Shown in pieces: positions 38,601 to 48,155 of a stretch of 64,000 nt of DNA (positions are counted from its first letter, which is position 1; each line of letters opens with the position of its first letter). A program made the position numbers and the translations under genes. The stretch lies in the NCBI GenBank assembly GCA_964019335.1, contig OZ025687.1:1-64000 (forward strand), in the 5' to 3' direction. The DNA is from Diplonema japonicum. Its lineage: Eukaryota; Protista; Euglenozoa: Diplonemea. The notes beneath the pieces were generated by a model. That model saw only the letters and a list, made by a program, of their open reading frames with translations, was not told the origin of the DNA and did not search any database.

Positions 38601-39472
38601 AGATTCTCGCTATAGTAATCAATTTCGAATCTCTTCAGGTGCACGACCTGTACGGGCGGGAAACTTTGGAACTCGACGAACTTGTCGGCGTCCTTGTACA
38701 CAGGCTCCTTCCCTAACATCTCCACCTTGTATTTGTTCGAACCATCGAGTCTTTCCGGCTTGCATAAATCTTGTATAGCTTCCATGATTCCTTTGTTTCC
38801 TTTTATCTCCAGCTGCAGCTCGTAGAACGATTCTTTCGTTGTGGATTCATACTCGCCGTCTAATGTTCTAACCACGTTGTTGAAGGTCCCGTGAAACAGG
38901 TGTCTCACAGCATCTTCACTGGGAGTGCCTTTCATCTTGTCTTCTAATTTCTCCCTCAATTTGATACACATTTCGTGTAGGTCTTGTTGTGTTGCTAACT
39001 CTTCGTTTTTCCAACCAAACGAGTCGGTCAGCTGCTTGGTGCTGGCAGGCGTTTTGTCGCGCGACATCATGTAGAACAGTAGCTGCAGTGCTGTTGCCAT
39101 GCTGTCGTCCATCTTGTCACCCATCTCGTACACAGCTGACCGGAAGTGTGGTAGGTGGTACAGGCATTGGATAAGAGAGTTGAGGTAGCACGTCGACCCC
39201 AAGTTAACAAGACCCACGTACTTCTCTTCGCTGCTGTCTGTCTCAGCGTTGTCATTCGCGCTACCCTCCTCCTCCTGTCCGTCAATGTCGTTGTCGTCAT
39301 CTTCTTGGTACCGACTTCCCAGCCTTTCCAGCAGTACCTCCTTTGCCAGTTCGCTGAAGGTCCCCTCCTTATCTTGCAGCCAGTGCAAAATGTCGACCGA
39401 CGTGGTCTGCTCCACTTCCATGTCGTCATCCGCCGTGGGGTCTAGGTGCATGCTTGCAACCAGGCTCTCCAT
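35632..39472 (-). CDS. USP7/UBP15-like ubiquitin C-terminal hydrolase with inserted F-type lectin-like domain (intron 36005-36044)
   Basis: Cys box GLVNLGSTCYLNS, QQDLHE, His box VHSG..AGHYYAYIR..FND; UBL-like repeats (LKYYDP, QQRLW); no MATH domain seen. Confidence 0.9.
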
Positions 39473-39564
39473 TGTGTAGTGTCTGTGAGAGCGGTCAAAA
39501 AATGTGGCATTTTCTTTATAACTTTATCAACACGTTCTACAAAAAGAAATACAATCCCTCTTCA

Positions 39565-39888
39565 CTAATGGCTCTGCATTGAGGGGCTCAGTCTGAGCTT
39601 ATGCTGCAGAGCTGTGGGGTATGGAGGGGGTGGGCTACACAGAGTCACGGATCGAGGGGGGCTCACAGTGCGTGTGGCGAGCATGGCAGTAGTGGGCATC
39701 GCGTGGCATGCTGGCACATGATGAATAACACTGTTGTTGGCAAGCAGCAACTGCGTCAGCTCTGCATTGCGGGCTCTCAGTCTCTCCGCCTCAATATTCT
39801 GTATGACAAGTCTCAACTGGTTGATCTCGTGCTGTTGCACTAATTCCGCAGCCTTGCTCTTCAACGCTGACTTCCAATCGGTCATCAA
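39565..39888 (-). CDS. Small hypothetical protein
   Basis: 107-aa ORF with a short coiled-coil. Confidence 0.5.
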   Translation of the reverse strand: MMTDWKSALKSKAAELVQQHEINQLRLVIQNIEAERLRARNAELTQLLLANNSVIHHVPACHAMPTTAMLATRTVSPPRSVTLCSPPPPYPTALQHKLRLSPSMQSH

Positions 39889-40185
39889 TCATATTTGCGC
39901 ATCCTGTTAAGGTGGTGCCAAAACACACAACAGATTCAATAGAGTTCAACACGAGAGTAGATCCCGTAACAAGTATAACCGTAAAAAGATCTTTCGGACT
40001 ACTGGTTACACTTAATAGATATACGGGATAGAAAAAGGTAACCATGTCTTAGAAGAACACGACTCCTTATTATTTTATAGCCCCACGGGGCGTTGATGAA
40101 GAAAATCAAACGAGTTTAAGAAAAAAAATAAAAGGAGGAGCAAATGGCACGTAGATACATCACAAACTAAAATAAATTACATGCA

Positions 40186-41745
40186 CTAAGGGGGTTTGGC
40201 AAATCCTACCTTGTCTGCATACGTGAAATCTTTACACTCAGGAATTTGTGCAGTTGTGTTGATTTCCTCAGGCTGATCAAACATCATCGCAAACACAAAT
40301 TCATAGAAGAAGCCACCCACTTGAACCATGAACTTGGGTTCCACAAATCGAGCGTACGTAGCAGCTTCTTTCTTAGCAATCACCGCTTGTGGTACCACAG
40401 CGGTTGCACAACAATAACTCTCCAACCTGTTTCCATTCAGCTTTCTAATGTCGCCGAAGTTTTCGTTCCAAATAGAAATCCACTGCTCTGCCTGTCCCGA
40501 CTCTTGCCAGCGGCGATTGATGTTTTTCGTTCTGACCTTCGTTAATGCAACGAAGTTATTGGTCGCCTTACTGCACGTGACGGCATCCGCCACAATGGCA
40601 TCGATGGATCCTGGTTGGTGCCAGGACTCCAAATGCCCGTGGATGAATGCAACCTGTTTCCCAACAGGCTTCCATGGGTCGGTGTCAGTAAGGTAGCCAA
40701 AGTAGCCCCACATCTCGTGGCAAGTGAATCGGATCTGCCTCTCTGGAGCAGCCACGACAGCTGATGTTTGTTTCGTACAGTCTTCGTTTCTGCGCCACAC
40801 AGTGTATCCAGCGGGGACGAGCGCCTCGGTAGGATCTTTATCGGTCCCACCAACGACCACAATGGTGTCGAGGTTCGCACCCCTCGGATCGTAAACCCAC
40901 GTCCCCATCTCGTTAAACCGCACTACCGCCGAGGCGGATAATACTGTGCTGTTCCGTTTAGATGCACCGCCTGGGAATAACTGTGGGAACGCGAATTCGA
41001 AAAACTGCCTGTAATCTAAGGGCTTCGCTCGTGCAGGGGCGGGGAGCTGCAATTGGAAGGAGAGGAGGAGGCCGTACTTTACTTTGGGGGAGATTAGAGA
41101 AGTGGGAATAGCAAACTGAAAGCCCTGCTTGGTTTTCAAGGGGTGGGAAAGAGTGTTGCCAGGGTGGAGGAGATCGAGGGTACGCTTGAAAGCTTCATAC
41201 CTAGCATGCTCGAAAATTACTACCTCAGTCGTGCTGAGGGGTGTGAAACGCTGAGTGGTTTGTACCGTGGTGAGGGCAGTGTCCAGCTCGGAAAAAAACG
41301 TTTTATGGTTGTCGCTCATGAAGACAGTATAGGTAGCGGTGGGTGGGGAGGGGTCCTGGAGGTACGTAGCATAAGCCAGGAGAGGGTAGCCACGTACTCG
41401 GATGTGTCGCTCGTTGAAACGGTGTGTTTGGCTGCTGAATTCGCATTTACTGCCACGCGCACGGAGGCAGCCAGTGTTGGGTTTCCACACCATGTACCCT
41501 CTAGCAAGCAAAGCAGGGGTGGGGTCGGGATTAAAAGCCCCAACAACAACCAGCACTTCTCCTTTATAAGAGTCAGGATCCCACATCCATCTGCCGTACG
41601 CGTTTGCATCATACAGAGCATCGTGAGGCCGGGTTGTCGTATTATTTACTGGACCGTCTTCCACTTCTCTCACGACAGTTTTGCTCCTGTACAAGACGAA
41701 GCATATTATTTGCAGGGCCACCGCAGCCAACACAGCACGCTTCAT
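40186..41745 (-). CDS. Secretory-pathway protein with two DUF3431-like repeats
   Basis: N-terminal hydrophobic anchor; internal duplication W.(W/Y)DP..VVVG..DPT.AL..GY.VW; second copy has FIHGH..SWHQ and YCCA..V. Confidence 0.7.
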   Translation of the reverse strand: MKRAVLAAVALQIICFVLYRSKTVVREVEDGPVNNTTTRPHDALYDANAYGRWMWDPDSYKGEVLVVVGAFNPDPTPALLARGYMVWKPNTGCLRARGSKCEFSSQTHRFNERHIRVRGYPLLAYATYLQDPSPPTATYTVFMSDNHKTFFSELDTALTTVQTTQRFTPLSTTEVVIFEHARYEAFKRTLDLLHPGNTLSHPLKTKQGFQFAIPTSLISPKVKYGLLLSFQLQLPAPARAKPLDYRQFFEFAFPQLFPGGASKRNSTVLSASAVVRFNEMGTWVYDPRGANLDTIVVVGGTDKDPTEALVPAGYTVWRRNEDCTKQTSAVVAAPERQIRFTCHEMWGYFGYLTDTDPWKPVGKQVAFIHGHLESWHQPGSIDAIVADAVTCSKATNNFVALTKVRTKNINRRWQESGQAEQWISIWNENFGDIRKLNGNRLESYCCATAVVPQAVIAKKEAATYARFVEPKFMVQVGGFFYEFVFAMMFDQPEEINTTAQIPECKDFTYADKVGFAKPP

Positions 41746-42285
41746 CTCTCAGACCTGTTTCAAGCGGTAAGGATATTGTAATAAAAAAACACTACAAGGA
41801 AGAAGGAAGAGAGAAAAAAAAAAGAAGATAAAAAAGAAACAAAAAACGAAAAGAAAAAAAGGGATAAAGAAGACAGGACACTATGAAAAGAGAGACACTT
41901 TTTTTTTTTTTTTCCTTTTCCCCTCCGCTATAAAGAAAGAAACAAATGAAGGCAAGATGTCACAATCGATAAGACCCATTTATCACACCAACGGAAGGAA
42001 TAAGACGTCAAAAAGGTAAAATAAAAAAGAGAATATTAAAAGAATAAAAAACCGCCACGAACGAAGTATCATATAAAAAAAAACAAAGGAAACAAGAGGA
42101 CGGGGATCATCTGATCGTGATGTGCAAAGGGGGGGTAGGGGGGTGACCTTTCGTTTTGTTTCGCTTGAAGAATTTTAAATTTTATTTCATTTCTTTTTTT
42201 ACCCCAATTTTTTACCCCACCCCACCGCCCCCCCCGCCCCTACCGCCCAACCAACCCCCACCGCCTCAATGCCTGTCCGTAGGCC

Positions 42286-45219
42286 CTAGTTTTGCTCCTT
42301 ATCCCATCTGTTTGCTAAAAAGTCCGGTGCCTGGGGTAGAGGGAGGTACGGCTGCTCATGTTGCTCCTGCCGCTGCTGCTGCTGATGGTACCCAAACTGG
42401 CTCAGTTGAATCAACTGTGGCTGAATCTGAGGCTGGTAGCCAATCTGTATTCCAGTCTGCTGCGCCAGCTGCGGGTGCTGGGTCTGAGGCAGCCTCGTCT
42501 GCTGCACCACCTGCGCCGGTGCCGGACTCAGCTGCAAGAACGGGTGGCTGATCTGTGTGCCCTGGTACTGTGCCTGATACTGTTGCGTTTGCGGTTGATC
42601 CTGCATCTGGTACTGTACCCCTTGATAGCCCTGTTGCATCTGCCTATATCCCTGACCACCCTGCTGCGCGTAAAACCCTTGCTGATTGCCCTGATACCCC
42701 GAATAGCCCCCTTCTTCATTTGGACGTGCCACGTACCTGATAGGCGACCCCACAAGGTTCTGAGAGCCCTGCTCAGGTTGTGGCGCTTGACGTGTGTCCG
42801 GATAAGCATTCTTCGGTTTGCTCATAGTCGTAGGTGGCCGTTGGTGCACAGGAGACCTTATTACTTTGGTGTTCCCAATCTCAGAGGCCCGTCTAAAGGT
42901 GTAAATCTTGACAGTATGCGCCGCATCAGGAAGGGCCCCGCCCCTCGACCGCTGTGACACGTAGCTCTCAAAGGGGTTCACGTGTCTCTCGATCTTCACG
43001 CACGCCACAACAGGCTGGCCCATCTCTTCAATCCTCCACTTCTTCATAGAGTGCTGTGACGACACAATGTGTATCTCCCCTCCTGGTCTCAAGATCGTCA
43101 CAGCTGATCGCAGGAACGCCTCTAACAGACATTGGTTCGATGCTACATTCTCAGCCCCTGTGGGGTATGCACCGCTGTGAGGGTTGTTCCACCTGATCGA
43201 ATCAAAATCACCAAGTTTCTCGCGGAGGTCTCCAAGTCTCGTTGCGTCCACGTCGTGCAGCAGCGTGGAGCCGCACCTCTTGACGGCAGCTATATTCGAG
43301 TCGGCGTTGGGGAGCTTTATGACAACAGCTTCCGAATCGTAGCCAGTGGCGGCCACATTGGGAGCATGGCCGAAGTGGGCACACAGCGATGCGGCATATG
43401 AAAAGTTACCCTCACCAACAAGAAGAAGCCTTGTGTTCGTCGAGTACTTGATGGGGTCTACTTCCACTTGCACATCTCCGTACTCACCTTTTTGCATGAT
43501 GGATTTCCCAATCTTGGCCACCACATCCCGCTGTCGCTGGGCTAGGTTGATCCTGCACCCGACAAGAGGGTGTGAGTTGCTGGTGGTCTCATTGTACACA
43601 GGAGGTTCTCCAACACTCGGGATGGCACATTCTATTGTTGTGGGAGTCGGGTCGCACGACACACCCCTCGACGTACAGAATCGCATCCACTGCCGCGACC
43701 ACTCGTTTGTGGGGTCTCTCGTGAGAATGTCGCGAATCCTCTGCGCGTAAGGGTGCGGTACATAAGGGACGTGTTGAAAGCGTAATGTCACAGTGTCAGC
43801 AGTAGAGTTGCTTGCAAGGGCCTTCGACAAGCACACGGGATCGGTGATATCGATGTCGTTCACGCGACGAATGATCCTTCCCACAAACTGCTCCCCACCA
43901 TGCCTCACAAGAGCACTGCCATCAGCAACTCCTGCAAGTGTTACTCCATCAAGCTGACACCCTAAGCATTCTCCTGGATGCCTTCTTTTCACCACCACAA
44001 CTTCTTCGTTCACGAACTCTCCACCACTGCGCATGTCAGCTAACGTACTGGGTATAACATCAATACTCCTCCCTGTGTGCGATGCTTGCTGTGCATAGTT
44101 CTTGCACATGAGCTTTCCTGTCCTGCTAAGCGCATCCCTCATGGCCCTCTCGCTCGACAGCTCAACATAGGCCTGTCCATGCGACCTCCCATCATCCTCT
44201 AGCACAAGGTGCACGCCTTGCGGCACAATGTCGATGTCCGGAAATAGTTGCTTCACAATATCAACACCTGTCACTGTGAAAGGGAGTCCCCTCAGCCACA
44301 CAACATATGGACCGCCCCTGTCTGCCTCTTGGGGAGGAGGATGATTGTCGCTCATGGCTGCAACAGTGCTGCGGTGGACCTCAATGTACCTGCTGCCCAT
44401 TTGGCCACCATCTTTCTCGAGCGCAGCATCCAGATCAGTTGAGTCCTTAACCTGAACGAAGCAGGTGCCATTCGCCCTCCCGTAGTCATTGTCCACCATG
44501 TGAATCCCTCGGGGTGCCATCTTTACGCCAGATAAGAATTCCAGAACGTCCTCTTCGCCTGATGTCATTGGAAGCCCTCGCAGTTTCACGACAAATGAGT
44601 CCTTTGCCCCTGCACCTCCATGTGTTTTCTCTGCCTGCAGAGCATCACTTTCAGTTGTTTTGAAGATTTCGACGTACCGTGTGCCGAACCGCACGTTCCT
44701 GTGCAGGCTGACCGCTATGTCCGCGTGCTTGGTCGAGACGAGCTTCACGGTGGCACACCCAGAGTGTCTCCCGTCAGACCCGAACTCGATCACCACAGAG
44801 CCCTCCACCGCTGTGATTCCGTGTTCTGCAAGGAACAGCACAATGTCTCCCTCCTTAGCAGAAAAGGGAAGACCCCTCAAGCGAACATACACAGAGTCCT
44901 TTGTTTGGTCTACAGACATTGCTTCTGCCTTATCCGCAAGAGCGGTCTTTGTGAGGTAACACTCAACAAAACGGTGTCCCATGTATTGCCTGTCCATCTT
45001 CATCGCTTCCCTTGCCATCTCGTCCGTTTGAAAGCGCACGAAGCACTCTCCCTTCGGCTTCCCCGTTCTGTCGTACAAAAATGCTACCTTAACAATCTGA
45101 AGCGGCCCAAAAAACGCTTTTACCTGACTCTCCTGGCTTGCCCACGGCAGCCCCCTCATGCGTATGCATAAGGTTATCTCAGGGCTTTTGTCACTCGCAT
45201 CCTGAGCATCCTGAGTCAT
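42286..45219 (-). CDS. 4x qRRM (hnRNP F/H-like) + PDZ-like + BMT5/DUF2431-like methyltransferase + Q-rich tail
   Basis: Four (R/K/W)(M/L)RGLP..G...V motifs with RY(V/I)E-type ends; LGCQLDG..I.RVND; LLVGEGNFSY, ATGYDS, HDVDAT, FDSI.WNNPHSG. Confidence 0.9.
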   Translation of the reverse strand: MTQDAQDASDKSPEITLCIRMRGLPWASQESQVKAFFGPLQIVKVAFLYDRTGKPKGECFVRFQTDEMAREAMKMDRQYMGHRFVECYLTKTALADKAEAMSVDQTKDSVYVRLRGLPFSAKEGDIVLFLAEHGITAVEGSVVIEFGSDGRHSGCATVKLVSTKHADIAVSLHRNVRFGTRYVEIFKTTESDALQAEKTHGGAGAKDSFVVKLRGLPMTSGEEDVLEFLSGVKMAPRGIHMVDNDYGRANGTCFVQVKDSTDLDAALEKDGGQMGSRYIEVHRSTVAAMSDNHPPPQEADRGGPYVVWLRGLPFTVTGVDIVKQLFPDIDIVPQGVHLVLEDDGRSHGQAYVELSSERAMRDALSRTGKLMCKNYAQQASHTGRSIDVIPSTLADMRSGGEFVNEEVVVVKRRHPGECLGCQLDGVTLAGVADGSALVRHGGEQFVGRIIRRVNDIDITDPVCLSKALASNSTADTVTLRFQHVPYVPHPYAQRIRDILTRDPTNEWSRQWMRFCTSRGVSCDPTPTTIECAIPSVGEPPVYNETTSNSHPLVGCRINLAQRQRDVVAKIGKSIMQKGEYGDVQVEVDPIKYSTNTRLLLVGEGNFSYAASLCAHFGHAPNVAATGYDSEAVVIKLPNADSNIAAVKRCGSTLLHDVDATRLGDLREKLGDFDSIRWNNPHSGAYPTGAENVASNQCLLEAFLRSAVTILRPGGEIHIVSSQHSMKKWRIEEMGQPVVACVKIERHVNPFESYVSQRSRGGALPDAAHTVKIYTFRRASEIGNTKVIRSPVHQRPPTTMSKPKNAYPDTRQAPQPEQGSQNLVGSPIRYVARPNEEGGYSGYQGNQQGFYAQQGGQGYRQMQQGYQGVQYQMQDQPQTQQYQAQYQGTQISHPFLQLSPAPAQVVQQTRLPQTQHPQLAQQTGIQIGYQPQIQPQLIQLSQFGYHQQQQRQEQHEQPYLPLPQAPDFLANRWDKEQN

Positions 45220-48155
45220 TTGGCTGGGAACACAAACAGGACTTAACAACACTTCAGTATTCCATTTGCTATTTCCTGTGGAACATTGTTTTTTCTTGTT
45301 TGAAAGGTTTTCAGCTAATTAATAATAAACTAATAAGTGATGCACTGCATCAAACACTTTTTCTTTAAAGACTGCTGGCTGCGGTTTCAAAAACAAACAA
45401 CAGATATGATATGATGCAAACGAAAGCAACGAATTGGGTAATCATACTCACAACACTGCAAGGAGGCTGATTACATGTATCTGTACGAACTGAGTTGTGC
45501 CCATCAATTCATATACTGTTGTAGCTGCTGCATGAGCAGTGCAGTGTTATGAGGGGCACTGCCCTGGTGCTGTGGCGGGGACTGCCATTGCTGCGGGACC
45601 TGCTCGGGAACTTGATATTGCTGTTGTTGCTGAAGTTGCTGTTGAAGTTGTTGTAACTGCTGCTGTTGCTGTGGTTGTTGGTGATGATGGTTTTGGTTGT
45701 GACCATGCTGGTGCCAGTGTTGCCGCTTTTGTCCACCATGCTGTTGGTGTTGCATGCGCTGCTGGCCCGGCTCCTGGTTATACTGCCTTCCCCACGCCCC
45801 ACCAGTTCTCTGTCGCTGTGCCGGCGGCATCTGCATGTTTACGTTTGCGTGCTTCCGCGTTCCTGCCGCACGATCATCAGATCTTTGGAAGGTGTAAATC
45901 TTGACAGTATGCGCCGCATCAGGAAGGGCCCCGCCCCTCGACCGCTGTGACACGTAGCTCTCAAAAGGGTTCACGTGTCTCTCGATCTTCACGCACGCCA
46001 CAACAGGCTGGCCCATCTCTTCAATCCTCCACTTCTTCATAGAGTGCTGTGACGACACAATGTGTATCTCCCCTCCTGGTCTCAAGATCGTCACAGCTGA
46101 TCGCAGGAACGCCTCTAACAGACATTGGTTCGACGTTACATTCTCAGCCCCTGTAGGGTATGCACCGCTGTGAGGGTTGTTCCACCTGATCGAATCAAAA
46201 TCACCAAGTCTCTCGCGGAGGTCTCCAAGTCTCGTTGCGTCCACGTCGTGCAGCAGCGTGGCACCGTGCTTCTTGACGATAGAGATATTCGAGTCGGCAT
46301 TCGGCAGCTTCAGCGCTTCAGTACTGGAGTCATAGCCAGTGGCGGCCACATTGGGAGCATGGCCGAAGTGGGCACACAGCGATGCGGCATATGAAAAGTT
46401 ACCCTCACCAACAAGAAGAACACGCGTCTTTCTGTCGTACTTAACGGGGTCAGTCTCCATCGGGTAGTTGTCCACCTTCTGCATCATCGATTTCCCAATC
46501 TTGGCCACCACATCCCGCTGTCGCTGGGCTAGGTTGATCCTGCACCCGACAAGAGGGTGTGAGTTGCTGGTGGTCTCATTGTACACAGGAGGTTCTCCAA
46601 CACTCGGGATGGCACATTCTATTGTTGTGGGAGTCGGGTCGCACGACACACCCCTCGACGTACAGAATCGCATCCACTGCCGCGACCACTCGTTTGTGGG
46701 GTCTCTCGTGAGAATGTCGCGAATCCTCTGCGCGTAAGGGTGCGGTACATAAGGGACGTGTTGAAAGCGTAATGTCACAGTGTCAGCAGTAGAGTTGCTT
46801 GCAAGGGCCTTCGACAAGCACACGGGATCGGTGATATCGATGTCGTTCACGCGACGAATGATCCTTCCCACAAACTGCTCCCCACCATGCCTCACAAGAG
46901 CACTGCCATCAGCAACTCCTGCAAGCGCCATTCCATCAAGCTGGCAACCAAGAATCTCTCCTGGATGCCTTCTTTTCACCACAATATCCTCTTCGTCTAA
47001 AACCTCGCCAGCACCGCGCAGGCCCCCCAACGAACTGCGGATGACGTCCACGCTCCTCCCTGTGTGCGATGCTTGCTGTGCATAGTTCTTGCACATGAGT
47101 GTCCCACTCTTGCCAAGCGCATCCCTCATGGCCCTCTCGCTCGACAGCTCAACATAGGCCTGTCCATGCGACCTCCCATCATCCTCTAGCACAAGGTGCA
47201 CGCCTTGCGGCACAATGTCGATGTCCGGAAATAGTTGCTTCACAATATCAACACCTGTCACTGTGAAAGGGAGTCCCCTCAGCCACACAACATATGGACC
47301 GCCCCTGTCTGCCTCTTGGGGAGGAGGATGATTGTCGCTCATGGCTGCAACAGTGCTGCGGTGGACCTCAATGTACCTGCTGCCCATTTGGCCACCATCT
47401 TTCCCGAGCGCAGCATCCAGATCAGTTGAGGTTTGGAGCTGAACGAAGCAGGTGCCATTCGCCCTCCCGTAGTCATTGTCCACCATGTGAATCCCTCGGG
47501 GCACGATCTTCACACCGGACATGAAATGCAAGACATCCTCTTCGCCTGATGTCATTGGAAGCCCTCGCAGTTTCACGACAAATGAGTCCTTTGCCCCTGC
47601 ACCTCCATGTGTTTTCTCTGCCTGCAGAGCATCACTTTCAGTTGTTTTGAAGATTTCGACGTACCGTGTGCCGAACCGCACGTTCCTGTGCAGGCTGACC
47701 GCTATGTCCGCGTGCTTGGTCGAGACGAGCTTCACGGTGGCACACCCAGAGTGTCTCCCGTCAGACCCGAACTCGATCACCACAGAGCCCTCCACCGCTG
47801 TGATTCCGTGTTCTGCAAGGAACAGCACAATGTCTCCCTCCTTAGCAGAAAAGGGAAGACCCCTCAAGCGAACATACACAGAGTCCTTTGTTTGGTCTAC
47901 AGACATTGCTTCTGCCTTATCCGCAAGAGCGGTCTTTGTGAGGTAACACTCAACAAAACGGTGTCCCATGTATTGCCTGTCCATCTTCATCGCTTCCCTT
48001 GCCATCTCGTCCGTTTGAAAGCGCACGAAGCACTCTCCCTTCGGCTTCCCCGTTCTGTCGTACAAAAAGTTAACTCTGGCTATCGTCAAGTTACCAAAGA
48101 ATTCGCTTAGCGTGTTCTGGTTGCACGACCACGGCAGCCCCCTCATGCGTATGCA
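42896..48155. repeat. ~2.3 kb tandem segmental duplication (42896-45168 vs 45889-48155)
   Basis: Long identical DNA blocks at an offset of ~2990 bp, interrupted by short diverged patches. Confidence 0.95.
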
